DNA from: Octopus vulgaris
Lineage: Eukaryota
Direction of reading: 5' to 3'
Length of the DNA stretch: 64,000 nt
NCBI GenBank assembly: GCA_951406725.2
Contig: OX597820.1
Span: 64,232,001-64,296,000, forward strand
Made by a program: the position numbers and the translations under genes. Positions 13,966 to 28,131 of the stretch are shown piece by piece. Every line of letters starts with the position of its first letter. Position 1 is the first letter of the stretch. The notes under the pieces were generated by a model. That model saw nothing but the letters and a program-made list of their open reading frames with translations. It was not told the origin of the DNA and made no database searches.

Positions 13966-16294
13966 CCGTTTACTCTATTCTGTTTACTGAAACAAAATAC
14001 TGCACGACTGGCTTTAGTTGTATCCAGACTAGTCTGGTACTTGTGTAAATGGAAGAAAAATAAAATGTATTACAAAGTAGTCTAACGTGATGAAGCTATT
14101 CCATTGGTAGCATCAAGTTTGCTCGAAACCGTCGCGGACAGTGAAACGATTAAGGGATTTCTCTAATGGATAGTTCATTGTTGTATGCCCTGTAGCGCAA
14201 ACCGTAAAGTATAACACACCCGAATATACATAAGCATACACACACACACGCATGTGGTTCTCAAGGTAACCCCCATAGTAATCCAATACCGTGGAGTATA
14301 AAACAGAGTTCTATGCTACTGAAATCCAGGGTAACCGGTCACTGAAATTACTTCTTGAGGAGTATATAAACCATAAAAAAGTAAGGAGATATGATGTGTG
14401 AATATATTGGTTTAACCACTTGTTATCCTTAGGAATAATGGGTTTTGGCAGCTTTGATAGTGTAATAAAATATCAGTGTAAAATATATTATTTGACTAAT
14501 ATGCATGCTACACATTATACAATACAAAGGTATAGTTAGAAATCAATTGAGATAAAAAGGAAAATCTAGCCCATCAGATCATTCAATATTGATCTGGTGT
14601 GCTAGAATTTTTTTTAATCTGCAATGATTTGTAAATACGCCATCGTGTTATATAATACTTAGCATGCAGATTAGTAAAGACATGTAAAATTATTTATTAT
14701 ACACTGAAATTATTACATGTTAAAGGCTGAAAAACGGCCGTACCCCTAATGATGACCAGTGGTTAGATAAACATATTCACCTCCTATGCCGCCTGATTTT
14801 TATGTTGTGTATATTTACTATGTATGTTCTCTTTTATTAACAACCGATTTGCGGAAATTTTTCGTTGTTATTATTGTTTAGCTCCGGGTAAATCTTAACC
14901 TAAAAATGCTTCGTTCAAAATCATCTAAGCTAGAGACATCCCGTCTTTGTGTGTGATGGTTGTATATGGTATTCAGCTGTTATTTCTGGCAGGTTAATTA
15001 ACTTTATGCAGGCTCCATTATTTGCTTCTTAATCCTTTATCTTAGAAGTACGTGTGTCTCCATATAGCAGTACATTGTATTTGTACGTATGAGAGGATTG
15101 TATCAAATCCCTTGAGCTTGACGTGATAAATATCATTAACGCTCACGGTGGATGTGATTTGTTTCCTGTTCTCCACAATTAGCGTGAAAATTAGCGTCAA
15201 TTGATTGAGGTTTACTATGTTATTGATCAGGAGTTTCTCTTAATTGGTGATTAGTTTCATTTTGTTTTATGGCAATGTAGGTGAAAATGATATATTTGAT
15301 GTGAATGTCTTTCTAATTCTCTATAATTAATTACGGACGTTGTGTATATACTTTCTATCGGGAATTGAAACTGGTATCACAAACTTGGGTGATGTCAACA
15401 CAACTTTATTAACACCTAATAAGTGTTTGTTTATCTTCGTTTGGTTAATTTTCAACGAGTTGAAACAAGATTATTTCTCATTTCACGTTTGGAAATTAAG
15501 TGGTTTACTTTTAATTGTTGCTTCTGTTGAGCGAAGAACAACTACATTATATAATAAAAAAAACATATTTCTACAAGGAATACCTATTTTTATGCTTCCT
15601 TGCCTACCAAGAGTATCAATGTCCAAGGCGTGCTTCGATTTTGAAAATTATACATTAACAGCTGAGCGATTTGACTTCTAATTCTAGCATGCCGATCGAC
15701 CACAAAGAGGCCTTTTGGCAGATTATCTCATTGGTAGCCCGATGTACACTAGCAGGTTTTGGAGGAATTTCCTATTCTTCTACAACAAATTATAATAATC
15801 GTATTTGTAACCTTCTTAGTTTGGTACACGATTCTACTTTATTACACTCTCCGCTCGTAAGTCCTTGAAGGGAACTTTGATTTCGCAAATCTATAAGTAA
15901 AACTATTCAAATCATGATACTAGGATGTTTTCGAGAGCCTTTAAGACTATATAATCTAATATGTATGTCTAGCTTCAGAACGATAGATTTTGATTTGAAG
16001 GTGGTTTTATAGTGCCCTTATCAGATCAAGCTAAATATTAATGCTCTCGCTTCCACTGTAAAGAAGAGATTAAAGAAGTGAACACACTGTTTAATATTTG
16101 TTCCGTAATAAAAGCACTAATACGCTGAGCAGAAGAAAACATTTTCTTAATACCACGTACTGCAGTAAATAAACTGCAACACCCAATATTATACCAGGGA
16201 CCTTAAGCTCTAAGATCCGGGGCCTAAACGTTGTTGTATGACCTGCTATAGTAGTTAAACATTCCCCTCAAATCTATACCTAAACATTATCTTT

Positions 16295-16660
16295 TAGCTC
16301 TTGTTCTTGACTCATTTACTGCGGTCATGCTGGGTCACCGCCTGAAAGTGTTTTATTCGCAAATATCAACCACACTCCTTACACATTTCTTATTCTATTG
16401 GTTGCGGCATAGATATGGGGACATAAAGAAACCAAAATCAGTTGTCAGACGTTGGGCGGAGAAGAAATATAGGCACAATGACATGAGAATACACTTATAT
16501 ATAGGACGGGCTTCCACTCATTTCTGCTAACCAGCTTCACTCACATTGACCAGCCCGGACTTACAGTAGAAGAGTTTCGTTCAGGTGCTGTGCAGCGGAA
16601 CCGAATCCGTAACCGCGTGACTACAAAGCGAACTGCGTAACTACAGAGCAATACCTACGC
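16295..16660 (-). mobile_element. Old decayed copy of SINE family A
   Basis: GCGGTCATGCTGGGTCACCGCC, TCAGTTGTCAG and GCTGTGCAGCGGAACCGAATCC align with the reverse complement of 6421-6833. Confidence 0.6.
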
Positions 16661-17520
16661 ATATAAAAAACAGAAACAATATCAACACCAATAAACAATT
16701 TATTATTTTACAGTCCTGGACATTGTATGAAAACAAGATTGGATATCGTAGACAATAAAACCGAAAATCATTATGCGATGGTCATTGTTTCAAAGCTTTG
16801 ATCTTTGGTCTGTTTAATCATCGTAATGCTGACCGGGAGATAAATATTATCGAAAATAGCCACAATAACAAAAACAATAACTTCATCACTGCCAACACTA
16901 AAGCCTTGCAATAAACACGTGCAACTGAGCTGACTGGATCTTTCGGCCCCCGTGTGTCTAGGACCATGGACAAGGCACTATACCAATGAGATTTCATGAA
17001 CCATCCAGACCAACTTCCGCCCGCTTCCTGGCTGGATGTCTGCAATTCTATCGATTCCTTCTAGCGTGACTCCTACAACGCCACCGATGGGATACAATCA
17101 CACCACTGTTCAATAAATGGATTAAATAGTAACTCTTCATATCATTCAGCCATTGTGATTCCCTATAGCGATAACATCTTGTAACAGAGGTCCAATGATA
17201 AATCTCATATTGCTATGGCATGAGATAGCTAAATATTTTATATTTCACCTTTTCAATTGATGACGTCAAAATGTCCATCTGTTCATTTATTCATGTTGGC
17301 TATCAGCCAACTTGCAACAGTTTACTGAACCTTACAACACACAAACACACACACACACACACATTCGTATGCAGACACACACATACCAAAGCTTCCACTC
17401 ACGCATTCATATATATGTGCATGTATTTTTGTGCATATAGGAATGTAGGTGTGCCTATAGGTATATATATATATCCCTCTCCATCCCTTTCACTCTCTCT
17501 CTCTATTCCTTCACACACAC

Positions 17521-17588
<68 letters not shown>

Positions 17589-19114
17589 TATGTGTGTGCA
17601 TATATGTTTGTGGCGTGGTATTGTGTATATGCTTGCATATATATGTGTGCGTATCTTTTGTATATATATATGTGAGCATATATCTGTGTGCGTCTATGTG
17701 GTTCTTAAAGCGTGTAGAGTTTTAAGATAGACAGGATAGAGAGGGAAGGAGTAAATGAGAGAGAAATAGCGAGATATATAAATAGATAAATGGAGAGTTA
17801 GAGTGAGAGAGAGCAAGAGAGAGAGAGAGAGAGGGGGGGGCTCTGACGCAGTCTGCAGAACACTGTCCTTGACATATATGGCATAAAATCAGATAGTGCT
17901 GTTAAGATATTTTGATAAAGAGAATGATCTCAAGATTAATATACTACATTTACTAGTTGACAAAGGCGCTTTCAAAATGCCGCTTTCTGTGCTAGAAATA
18001 ACAAGCTAATCGCCCTCAAATCTCAAACCATTGTGAAAGGGAAAGGCATAATGAAGTATTAAGTAACATTAAATATATAATGGCCGCAATCGTCATCAGC
18101 TTTGATCACTGGTTAACTCAATCGGGGTTGACCTGAAGGATATAAAACAACGATTACTATTGTTTATTTAAGTAAAAATATATAATTTTCTCTGCGAGCA
18201 ACATTTGTAATAAATTGGAATTATTTCGCAGTCCGGTGTGAAGGCGTACGGAGATAAAATTAGTATTTTATAATCTCTATATCGTAGTTTCAATTCCCAA
18301 CTACGGCATAAAGTTCTGTTCTTTTATTTCGTGAAAGAATTCCAGTTTATCTTCTTTTTAATGTCTCACCCTATATCTCTCTTCAGATGTATTCCTGCCT
18401 TACACATGTTTTTGCTTGCATAGTGTAACAAGCAGTATATTGTTCAATTTGGTCTCCCTTTTATCATGATGTGAGATTTCGAAAAAAATTGCCTTTAATT
18501 TTTACCAAGTCAGGGAAAGGATGCTTACTTTTTCTTTGATTGTCTGCGTTTGTGAGTGCGCGTGTATATGTTGTTATTTTGTAAGAGGATTAAGACCGAG
18601 GAGCAGTGATAATGTCCATAATTTTTTCCTGGCAATCCGGTAGTATACTGAGATCAGGTGCTTGCAACAGATCAGACTTCGTTAAAGAGAACGGAGTGTT
18701 GAAATTTGAATCCCAAGACGGAATTTGGACACATAACTTAAAGACTAAAGCAAGGCATCCCGTTCGACACTTTAACAACGACAGCAATCTCTTACCGTTG
18801 AAGAGTACTTTATCGACCCCGCGATGAAGAAAAGCAAAGATGTTTCAGCACCGAAATATCGCAGCTTGATCTCAACAAATATATCCAAATAAGGTCGCCA
18901 TCACTAATTGCCACGATATTGATCTATGTAAAGTCACCTCGACAGTATCACTTGAAAAAACATTAGCCTCACTTTACTGCTACAATATCACTGCCTCTCA
19001 GTCCCCGACGACCGTCAACATGACATCTAAAATAACACCATCATGAACCTCCTCAATGACATCACCAAAGTGCTATTGCTTGATTTAACGTTCTGTAATA
19101 TTTGAGTCATTTAA

Positions 19115-19490
19115 GAAACGTTAGCAAGACGGGAGAAATACTTAGCGGTATTTCGTCTGCCGTTACGTTCTGAGTTCAAATTCCGCCGAGGTCGACTTTG
19201 CCTTTCATCCTTTCGTGGTCGATAAATTAAGTACCAGTTACGCACTGGGGTCGATGTAATCGACCTAATCCGTTTGTCTGTCCTGGTTTGTTCTCTCTGT
19301 GTTTAGTCCCTTTGAGTAGTAAAGAAACAGGTATTTCGTTTGTCTTTACGTTCTCAGTTCAAATTACGCCGAGGTTGACTTTGCCTTTCGGGATCGATAA
19401 ATTAATTACAGTTGCGTACTGAGGTCGATTCAATCGAATGGCTTCCTCCCCAAAAATTTCGAACCTTGTGCTTAGAGTAGAAAAGAATGT
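19115..19490 (+). mobile_element. SINE family B (MetaSINE-like), dimeric with repeated core
   Basis: GTTCTGAGTTCAAATTCCGCCGAGGTCGACTTTGCCTTTCATCCTTTC.GGGTCGATAAATTAAGTACCAG occurs twice, the second copy with a short deletion. This core resembles the Meta domain of Sauria-type SINEs (from memory). Confidence 0.85.
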
Positions 19491-21049
19491 TCCTATCATT
19501 TTAACCATTAAATACTTCCAGTAATTGTTTGTTTTCATCTTTCATGAAATCCAATGTCGAATTTATAGCCAAGTTTTAGGGAACTTATTCAGTGAGCAAG
19601 TTTCAATGCCGTATTAAAATTAAGGTACCATTCACTTCAAAACATTATTCTTGCTCAATGCAAGGTCGGCAGTTCTAATCGCGGTTCCTTTCTTATCAAC
19701 TGACCCTATCAGATGCTATAGTTTAAGGACTCCAATACCCTAGAAGAAGATGAAGCTTGTAAATTATATTGATGTTAATGACACACAACATCAAATTATG
19801 AACCGACCAAAGATAATGGGATTTTGTACAGATTCTTGGCACCGCGTAGTGAAACAGAATTGACGGAATAAATAGATAAGTCCTCTATCATTCTGTGTTC
19901 ACCCAAAACAAATTAGAAATTTATAATACAAATTTTGATTAGGTGTCCTTCACCAGAGAGAAGGAAGACAACCAAATCTGGAACTTTGGTATAATTTTTG
20001 GTTGTTGTTGTAGTTCCTGTGGCATCACCCCATCCACTTGAAACAATAATATTCAACAAGCCAATGAAAGAGGGTTTCTGCAATGGTTCGAACGCCTACA
20101 GCTATCAATCAAATTTCATTCAAGACATCTTTTGAATACATTAAAGGAGTAGTGACTAATTTATTTAATGATGAGAGGATCAACTCAGGAATATATTTTT
20201 ATCATAGATATAAACGACTAGAGCTTGTCTGTTGACTGAGGAGATGTATCAACATCGTGTCATCACTTAGGATATGATATAAGTAATACAAACAAATTTT
20301 AATCAAAATTAATAGTTCAGTATACTAAATTGGTGTTTATGGCTTTGTACCTATGAAAGAAATGAACATAATTTAGGGAAATTTCTTTGTTTATTATCCT
20401 CATAATTCATAATAGTGAAAATGTCATCTATTCACGTAGTGTCGAGGTCAAGATGCTTTAGTTGAATATGTCGTGTTTAGTAACAAAATTGTGGTGTGTC
20501 TGATAGAATCCGTTAGAAATGTGGCGTGAAATATACGTTGCTTAGCACACTAATGATGAATAAGAATGAATAAAGTGGAAACAAAATAGCCAAAGGTCAC
20601 TTGTCGACGGTAATCTTGATTTAAGATTTGAAATCCTATAAAATATCGCAGAATACACAAGAGACAATACACATAAATATACGTATACATTGAGACACAC
20701 ATATACCTGCTTGAATGTAGTTGCACACACAGAAGTACAGCTAAATAATAATCTGTGGTGACAGAGAACCGAGTATAACTAAGTTGTTAACTGCGCAAAA
20801 CCACGATGCGTTCGATTCGATCGTGCTTCGTGGTACAAGTGATAACTATTTTCTTCGAGAGTGTCTGATAAAAGAATGATTCTTAGTATAATTTAGTTGA
20901 CGGAAACTGGTGACAAATACATTCACGCACCGGCATACACACACGCACACGCAGAAATACATATATGAAAACTAGATAATTGGTTATATCTTTAATTCCA
21001 TGTTACACGCAATACATTACGATACAGGAGACATAGAGTGAATGTAAAT

Positions 21050-21266
21050 ATTGGTTTCAAATTCTGGCACAAGGCCAGCAATTTCGGAGGACGGTGTATG
21101 CTGCTTACATAGAAGCCAGTGAGTAACTAATAATTATTTTATCGATCCTGAAGGAGTAAAATGCAAAATTAACTTCGACAGAATTTAAACTAATGCTATA
21201 CACACGGATGAACTGCCGCGAAGCATTTTTGTCCGGAGTGATAGCGATTCTGACAGCTAGGCGCCT
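21050..21266 (-). mobile_element. SINE family B copy
   Basis: TTGGTTTCAAATTCTGGCACAAGGCCAGCAATTTC...TTTATCGATCC...ATTCTGACAGCTAGGCGCC. Confidence 0.75.
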
Positions 21267-21596
21267 TATTGTGAATGTTCTAAATATTAACATTAGTAAC
21301 ATTACTATTACAAATGTGCCAAATTCTATATGAATAGGTATATTCATATAGAGAAAACTCGTATAAGAACTCTTACCCGTACTTCGTCAAACAAATTAAA
21401 AATTTCCCAGACTATTTACACTGCAAATATGATTCATCACAAGTTTCAACTAATATGTACACACACGTCCAAACACACACACAAACACACACACAAACAC
21501 AGACAAACAAACATACACACACACCGCAACACACCACACTAACACATATTCTTTTATGTTTTATGTGTTTCAGCCCAATGGTTGTGACAATGGTTG

Positions 21597-21928
21597 TGAC
21601 ATCATAAGCGGAAAGTGTAACCTCTCGAAAGAGCTGTTCTTCACTCCTGCTCCAGAGCGTCGGCTGCGGGGTCATTCCGAAAAGCTCTACCTGCGACGAT
21701 TTCATCTCAATCGAAGGAGAGGAGCTTTCTCCATCCGGGTTGCAGATCCGTGGAACAAGCTGCCAGACGAGATGGTGAAGATGCCGACGACCGCTTTGTT
21801 CAAAGCCTCCCTGGACCTCAAGTGGTCTGAACTCTTTACATGAACACCACCCTGTACTTAACTCCATGTCCCCCTACATGGCCTTGCTATTTGCTTTTGA
21901 GCCAAATTAACTAACTAACTAACTAACA
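21597..21928 (+). mobile_element. Young 5'-truncated CR1-type LINE 3' end with (AACT)n tail
   Basis: Uninterrupted RLRGHSEKL..FSIRVADPWNKLP..FKASLD (CR1-like ORF2 C-terminus), short 3' UTR, AACTAACTAACT tail. Confidence 0.85.
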
Positions 21929-21984
21929 ATGCTGGTGCACCGCTGTTATTATCGCTTTTTCAGCGGTCATTCTTTTGGAATTGA

Positions 21985-22150
21985 ATTTTGGGGAAAAACA
22001 TTTGATATTGCTAACTTCTTTTGACTTATCTGCCGGGTCGTAGGTTAATCTGGGACCTTGGACAACAGACTCCAACATGCTTCTTGAAACCATCTACCAC
22101 GACTCCATGTATTTCTTTCAGCTGTGAACCTTTAAATTTCAAGCTAGTGC
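21985..22150 (-). mobile_element. LINE 3'-end fragment (similar group to 3230-4320)
   Basis: LKEIHGVVVDGFKK..LSKVPD*PT in minus-strand frames. Confidence 0.5.
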
Positions 22151-22904
22151 AGTAGCTGGTCCCAGCTCTAGGCGGGGCTGGATGGGTCGGACGTTTGGAA
22201 CAGTGCAGTTCGGCGTGTAATATATCCTTCGATGCCACAGTTGGGTGTTAAACCCTCCGGGGTCTTTCATATGTATATCACTACATTGCTCTCTCTCTTC
22301 TTAGCTTGGGGGAGGAAAGTCGCAACTCTTTCAGGCTGTCTCTGTAGCTCAGCTAGTGCAGCAGCGTTAATTTTACAGTGTCGGTTGACTTCTATTGAGA
22401 TCAGTAATCCAGACTGCTAAGGACAAATATCGTCCCGAGAACCGAGGGAATAAAGTCGCAACTCGTTCAGTCTCTCCCTGTAACTCAGCTAGTGTAGCAG
22501 CGCTAATTTTACATGGTTGATTTGCTCGACGAAAGGCAGTGCTCCAGCATGGCCGCAGTCAAATGACTGAAACAAGTAAAAGAGTAAAAGAGTATATCTG
22601 TGTGGATATGCATGTACGTATATATGTATGCATGGATGTATATATATATGTGTGTCTTCACATCGTGTTTGTAACCTGCCAGAGCTTTACAACTGGTGCT
22701 GGTTTCTTTACGACCCCCCAAAACTATCAATTCACCACATGTAACTGATATAATGGATACCAGTCTTAAGAAAATATGCTCGACTAAACATGTCGAGGCG
22801 CTCCTTTAGCATAGGCGCCATCCAATGACTAAAACAAGGAAAAGATGAAAAAAAATTATAACATATCATATCAATATATTGACCTTAGTGTATATGCTAT
22901 GAAA

Positions 22905-23029
22905 GCATGTATGTATGTATGTATGTATGTATGTATGTATGTATGCATGTATGTATGTATGCATGTATGTATGTATGTATGTATGTATGTATGTATGTAT
23001 ATCTGTATGTATGTATGTATGTATGTATG

Positions 23030-23063
<34 letters not shown>

Positions 23064-23877
23064 TGTATGTATGTATGTATGTATGTATGTATGTATGTAT
23101 GTCATTGTTCAGTACTATTTCAAGATCTTTTGCCAATAGAGAAAGAGCTGGTTTCTAACCTAGAGCCAAGGCTCCTTCATAGGAATTTCAACTTCAACAG
23201 AGGAATTTTGTATGTTTGTATATATGTATATGCGCAGATTTGTGCGTTTTGTTTTATGTATGTATTTGTTTTATGTGTGCATATAGCTGCATATCTAGAC
23301 TTGCGCATATATGCTTAAATGATAAAATTCTGAAAAGTTTTAGCGATTTTTACAGTTCCAGCGATGGATTGGATATGTCATCGAATCAGCGCTTTCCTTT
23401 CTGATTTTGAGAAGCCTAATTTCTCAACATTGGCATTTAGGCAATGATTGTATATGGTATGTGAGTAAGTATTTAAGCATAAACAATGTGTGGCTATCTT
23501 AATGGAATCCTACAGATGATATTTCGTTTGTATAAGTGAAATACTCTTCTATAGACATACATGTGCTTTGTGTGTGTATGTGTGTGTATGCGCGAGTGTG
23601 TATGTGTACGTGCGGATTTTTGTGCGTGTGTGTGAGAGTGTGAGTGCCTCTGTGTGTGTTTTTGGGGGCGTGTATGACTGCACTTGTGGTTGAGTAACGT
23701 TAATAATTTGCAGTTGAAGAACTCTATCAGAATATTTGTTTGCTTTGTCGCCACGGCTGATATTTGCCTGTTATCAAATACGATATCAACGAAAGTGTAA
23801 AAATATTATCTACTTCAAAAACAAAACAAAAAAAATTATATCGTATTGATATAAGTACACTAAATTTTAAATATGGA

Positions 23878-23960
<83 letters not shown>

Positions 23961-24022
23961 ATATCTATATATATATCTATATATATATATATATATATAG
24001 GTACACATACATATGTAAATAC

Positions 24023-24062
<40 letters not shown>

Positions 24063-24229
24063 GTATAATTTTATATATACATATATATATACTCATAAAT
24101 ATAATGTATGCATATATATAAACATATATAAACACATATATACCTATTTATACATATATATATATATATGTATATATATATGTAAATAAATGTGTGTGTA
24201 TATATATATAGAGAGAGAGAGAAAGAGAG

Positions 24230-24305
<76 letters not shown>
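22905..24305. repeat. (TATG)n, (TATC)n, (TA)n and (GATA)n microsatellite blocks
   Basis: Read directly at 22905-23102, 23876-23999 and 24230-24305. Confidence 0.95.
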
Positions 24306-24306
<1 letters not shown>

Positions 24307-24599
24307 TCAAGCTATTAAGATAATAAATTACGCTTAGAATGAGTTTTCTGTAAGTATAAAAAACATACATCAAATGGACTTAGACAAATTGTAAAGAAAG
24401 ATGCCCACTGACTATTTTATAATTTCTTCTCTGAGTAAATACGAGGAACGGGAATCAATAAAGATTTAAGACATTTAAGGAAAAGAACAGGAAACGCTTG
24501 GTCTTTATTACTTTTTTTATTGATGACGTTGTTGTTGTTGTTATTGGTGGCGGTTGTGGTGATACTATCATTTGGACTCAGAGCACCATTGCACAAGTT

Positions 24600-25340
24600 A
24601 AGATGTGATTAAAAGTGATCCAACACCAATGAATATACTGTAGGCTTCTATGTCAGAGTGCATGGTACTACAAAGTACAATGAAAATTTTCGAGGTTATT
24701 TTTGTCTTTGGTGCAGAATGGGGATGGTTATCTTTTATTTTTATTGTTGGCAATTTGTGCTACCGAAGTTGAAAACTCAAAGGAGAATCTTTTGTGTAGA
24801 TTGAAATCCCGAGGGTAAAATCTTTCAAGTTTGAAAAATTAATTCTCTTTAGAATTATTGACAAAGTGTGAGCGAAATATATTTTTTGTAGCGTTCATTT
24901 TTGAGGTTGCTATTAATAAAATAATATAAGTATTTTAATATTTCGCAATAACATATGCACATAGGACTAATTCTTTCCTTAAAATTTTTAAGGTAACTGG
25001 GAATTGGGAACTTGTAAAAGGGAGAAATTTTTTTTAAATATCGTTTTTTTCTGGATAATGAAGTTATCGATGTTTTCGCAGGCCCAAAGTTACAACGAGG
25101 ACCAGCGAGATAAATATTTGTCTTGGCTATTGTCGAAATGTTTACATGAAAGCAAAAGAATAGTAAGGTATAAGAAACAATAGTTGTGATAGTGAAGATG
25201 GGTTTTGAAAGCATTTGACCGTTATTTCCAAAAGGCCGATTAACTTTGAACGAGATTTCTTCCTTCGTTCGTAAGATAGAAATTTTTTGGTCCAGAAATA
25301 CCTTGACCACTGCGAGGGATTCCATCTTTCAGAATATCAC
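24600..25340 (-). mobile_element. Possible heavily decayed Penelope-like RT/thumb remnant
   Basis: ORF 24855-25325 begins VKVFLDQKISI..SFKVNRP, resembling the PLE FLD.xI...YRK motif. HYPEKTI appears in an adjacent frame. Weak. Confidence 0.35.
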
Positions 25341-25379
25341 CTAGTTGTAGACATACAACATGAGTTAAGAGATTATATA

Positions 25380-26507
25380 CACAGACAAGACAGTAGTAAA
25401 TTGACAGCTTTGTAATCGTTAGAATTCGTTTAAATCTGTAATTTTACATTCCGATTATTTATTAATTGTTAAAATGTGAATATTTAATATTTAATAGATA
25501 TTTCCCTTGCATTTTGCAATGTAAGGCCCCTATTAGTCATTTTATTGATCAGATTACTAATATACTCTTCAGAAATTTCTTGCCAAGTTTCATGCAGTAA
25601 TTTCAAAATATCTGGCTTGGAAGATGCTTTCTTGTTCCTTTTATGAAGTGTCCTGTCCATTATGCCCCATAGGAGTTCATTACGTTTCATATCTGGTAAC
25701 CGGCTTGAACATGGAGGCTTTTTAATGCCATTCTCATCCAAAACAAATTAAGGGATTTTGGCCGTACGACAAGGATCTCTATCTTCCATAAATAAAGAGT
25801 CATCTTTAATCATTTCACCACTAGAGAAAATTAGGAGTCTTTTCTACAATATGGACACATATTTATCTGAGTTTATGTTTCTTTCACACTCCACCAGCTC
25901 TGATTGACCATTGCTCCAAATTGCTCCCCAGACCATCACAGAATAGTTGCGCTCATTGCAGAATATCATAGTGCCCCAAAATGCTAGTGGTCCCTCCTCC
26001 ATCTCATTGGCTCAATCTTTTCTCCGCTTGATACTGGCTGGTCAAAGTAGTTGCTTCCTTCTTACTGCTCGACCATAGTAACCAAGTATGTGGAGATACC
26101 TGACAGCTGTTCTGGGATTGACATCAACGTGCCATTTCAGAGGCCTTGCAATGTGGAATATCCTTCACACTTTTATTAACAAAGTGAAAGTTCTTGTCAG
26201 AAAGCACTGGTGGACTTCTTTTCCTCTCTGGTGAATCGCGCAATCACTCTATTAACTGTAAAAAGCGGGACACCAAGATTTTCTGCTATTTTACGTTAAG
26301 TCTACGTTCAGATTAATACACAGTATGGCCTCTTTAAAATTCAGACTGTTCCAAGGCTTCTTTTGCACATGACATGTTTAAACAATCACATATAGAACCT
26401 AAAACATAAAATGTCCTTTAATGAAAAATATAGATATTTATAAGTTAGAATAAACCCCCAAAAAATCAATGTTTTATAGGGTGCTTATTCACTCCTGTCA
26501 TGCCTTT

Positions 26508-26508
<1 letters not shown>
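25380..26508 (-). mobile_element. Decayed Tc1-family (DD34E-type) transposon
   Basis: [19 protein letters not shown], then LPDMKRNELLWG..W.EI..M.NR...IKY. Degenerate ~25-bp TIRs (CACAGACAAGACAGTAGTAAAT and reverse complement TAAAGGCATGACAGGAGTGAAT) with TA flanks. Confidence 0.85.
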
Positions 26509-26573
<65 letters not shown>

Positions 26574-26611
26574 GTATATATATATATATATGTCTATATA
26601 TCCCTATATCT

Positions 26612-26675
<64 letters not shown>

Positions 26676-26759
26676 TATTCTTTCAAGAAAAGTGTTTTTT
26701 ACACAATTGCCTGAAAGGGCCCAGATTGAACCCGAGGCGTTAGACATTATATAATATTG

Positions 26760-27065
26760 TTTAAGAAGAGACAAAATTTGGAAAATCATATTTCAAAGAA
26801 TTGAAAATCAAAAGATATAAAAATATTTCAATTAATTTACTAATATAATTTCAACTACTCTAGCCTCCTATACACATATTTTAAGGAATAATAACATTAA
26901 TAACAGCATTAATAGCAAATGCCCTCCCCTATAATGCTATAATGAACAAATGTAATCTATGCATTCAGGAATCGTACATTATCCTTAGTTCATTTTTAAT
27001 TCGGGTACATTAAGTAAATTCTCTGATACTATTCATTCATATACTCACAAATTCCACTCATCCTT
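26760..27065 (+). mobile_element. Penelope-like element remnant: GIY-YIG endonuclease C-terminal half
   Basis: Frameshifted translation STTLASYTHILRNNNI...ANALPYNAIMNKCNLCIQESYIIL matches the T.LS.Y...L.......W......PY......C.LC..E...I pattern of Penelope-type endonucleases. The 3' region appears to resume at ~27900 after a Helitron. Confidence 0.65.
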
Positions 27066-27123
27066 CATGAAGCCCTCTAAGATGCGATATAGGGAATGAG
27101 CTATGTTTCTTCTTCTAATAGTA

Positions 27124-27896
27124 CTAACTGACGTACCCTAGAATTCCTGAGAAAGCGGGGATTATCCTTTGGTTCTGTTCTCATAATAGTTTCGCTAATC
27201 CAATAACAACAATACAGATTATGCAGCCATTAAAACATTTTTGTGCATTTACAGAGAATACCATACTGTCTTACACAGGATCTTGTCATTAGGAATCCCC
27301 AATAAGTTATGAATACCCAAATTGTGAAGTCATTTATGTAATAACATGAAAGTACTTACACGATAGAAAGAATTTAAATAAAGTAGCCTCGAAAAGGGCT
27401 TTAATGCGTTCCTATTAAGGTATGTATACTAAAATCGTGAAGCACGTTACGTAAGAACAGGCTAATCAGATATGAGGTAATAAAAATTCAAAGTAAAAAA
27501 ACTCTGAAAAGGCTTTTGTGCGTTCTCGGAGAATATTACCCTCAGGGGCGCTAGTGTAGGTATATTCGTGAATAAATCGCTAACAGAAATAAGTGGATCA
27601 ATTGTTTAGAAAAATACTATTTACTTCTTTAAGGATAAATTACGAAAATATCTTTGAGAGTTCAAATACTAAGAAATAAGCAAATAATTTAGGAAAAATT
27701 AATGGGTTATTTTCCTTGGCTATATAGAAGGATCCTTTCCAGGGTCCCTATTATCGATTGTTTCAACAATCTGAGTATGCCATGCGGTTCCTACTCATGT
27801 GTCAAGTTTCATCAAAATCAATAAAACTTGTAGGAGGAGTTAGCTAGCAACTTCGCAAACACACCCACAGATAGAATTTCCCACTTATGTGGTAGA
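27124..27896 (-). mobile_element. Non-autonomous Helitron-like element (old)
   Basis: Minus strand starts A|TC at 27896 and ends TTAG|T at 27124 (variant of CTAG). Carries the AAGTTTCATCAAAATC..GGAGGAGTT..ACAGA subterminal block typical of invertebrate non-autonomous Helitrons, also echoed in 55739-56130. Confidence 0.55.
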
Positions 27897-28131
27897 TTAA
27901 TTATTACACAGAATTAAAAAAAAAAAAATTCCCATCATGACTACCCCCCCTAGAAAAATGAAAAACAAATGTTTTGGTATCCCATCATCCTATACTTACA
28001 ATTTATTTACATATATGAGCATAAATCATCGTAAAAGTGGTCGGTATCTGATACAGTAGCCGAAGGCCATCACAATGTATACTTAAAATTCTGTTTCTCT
28101 TGTATTTCTTCGAACCTTGCTACTCATTTCC

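Noticed and set aside
21906-21928. (AACT)n resembling a telomeric repeat
   Set aside because: It is the tail of the CR1-type LINE and is not TTAGGG.
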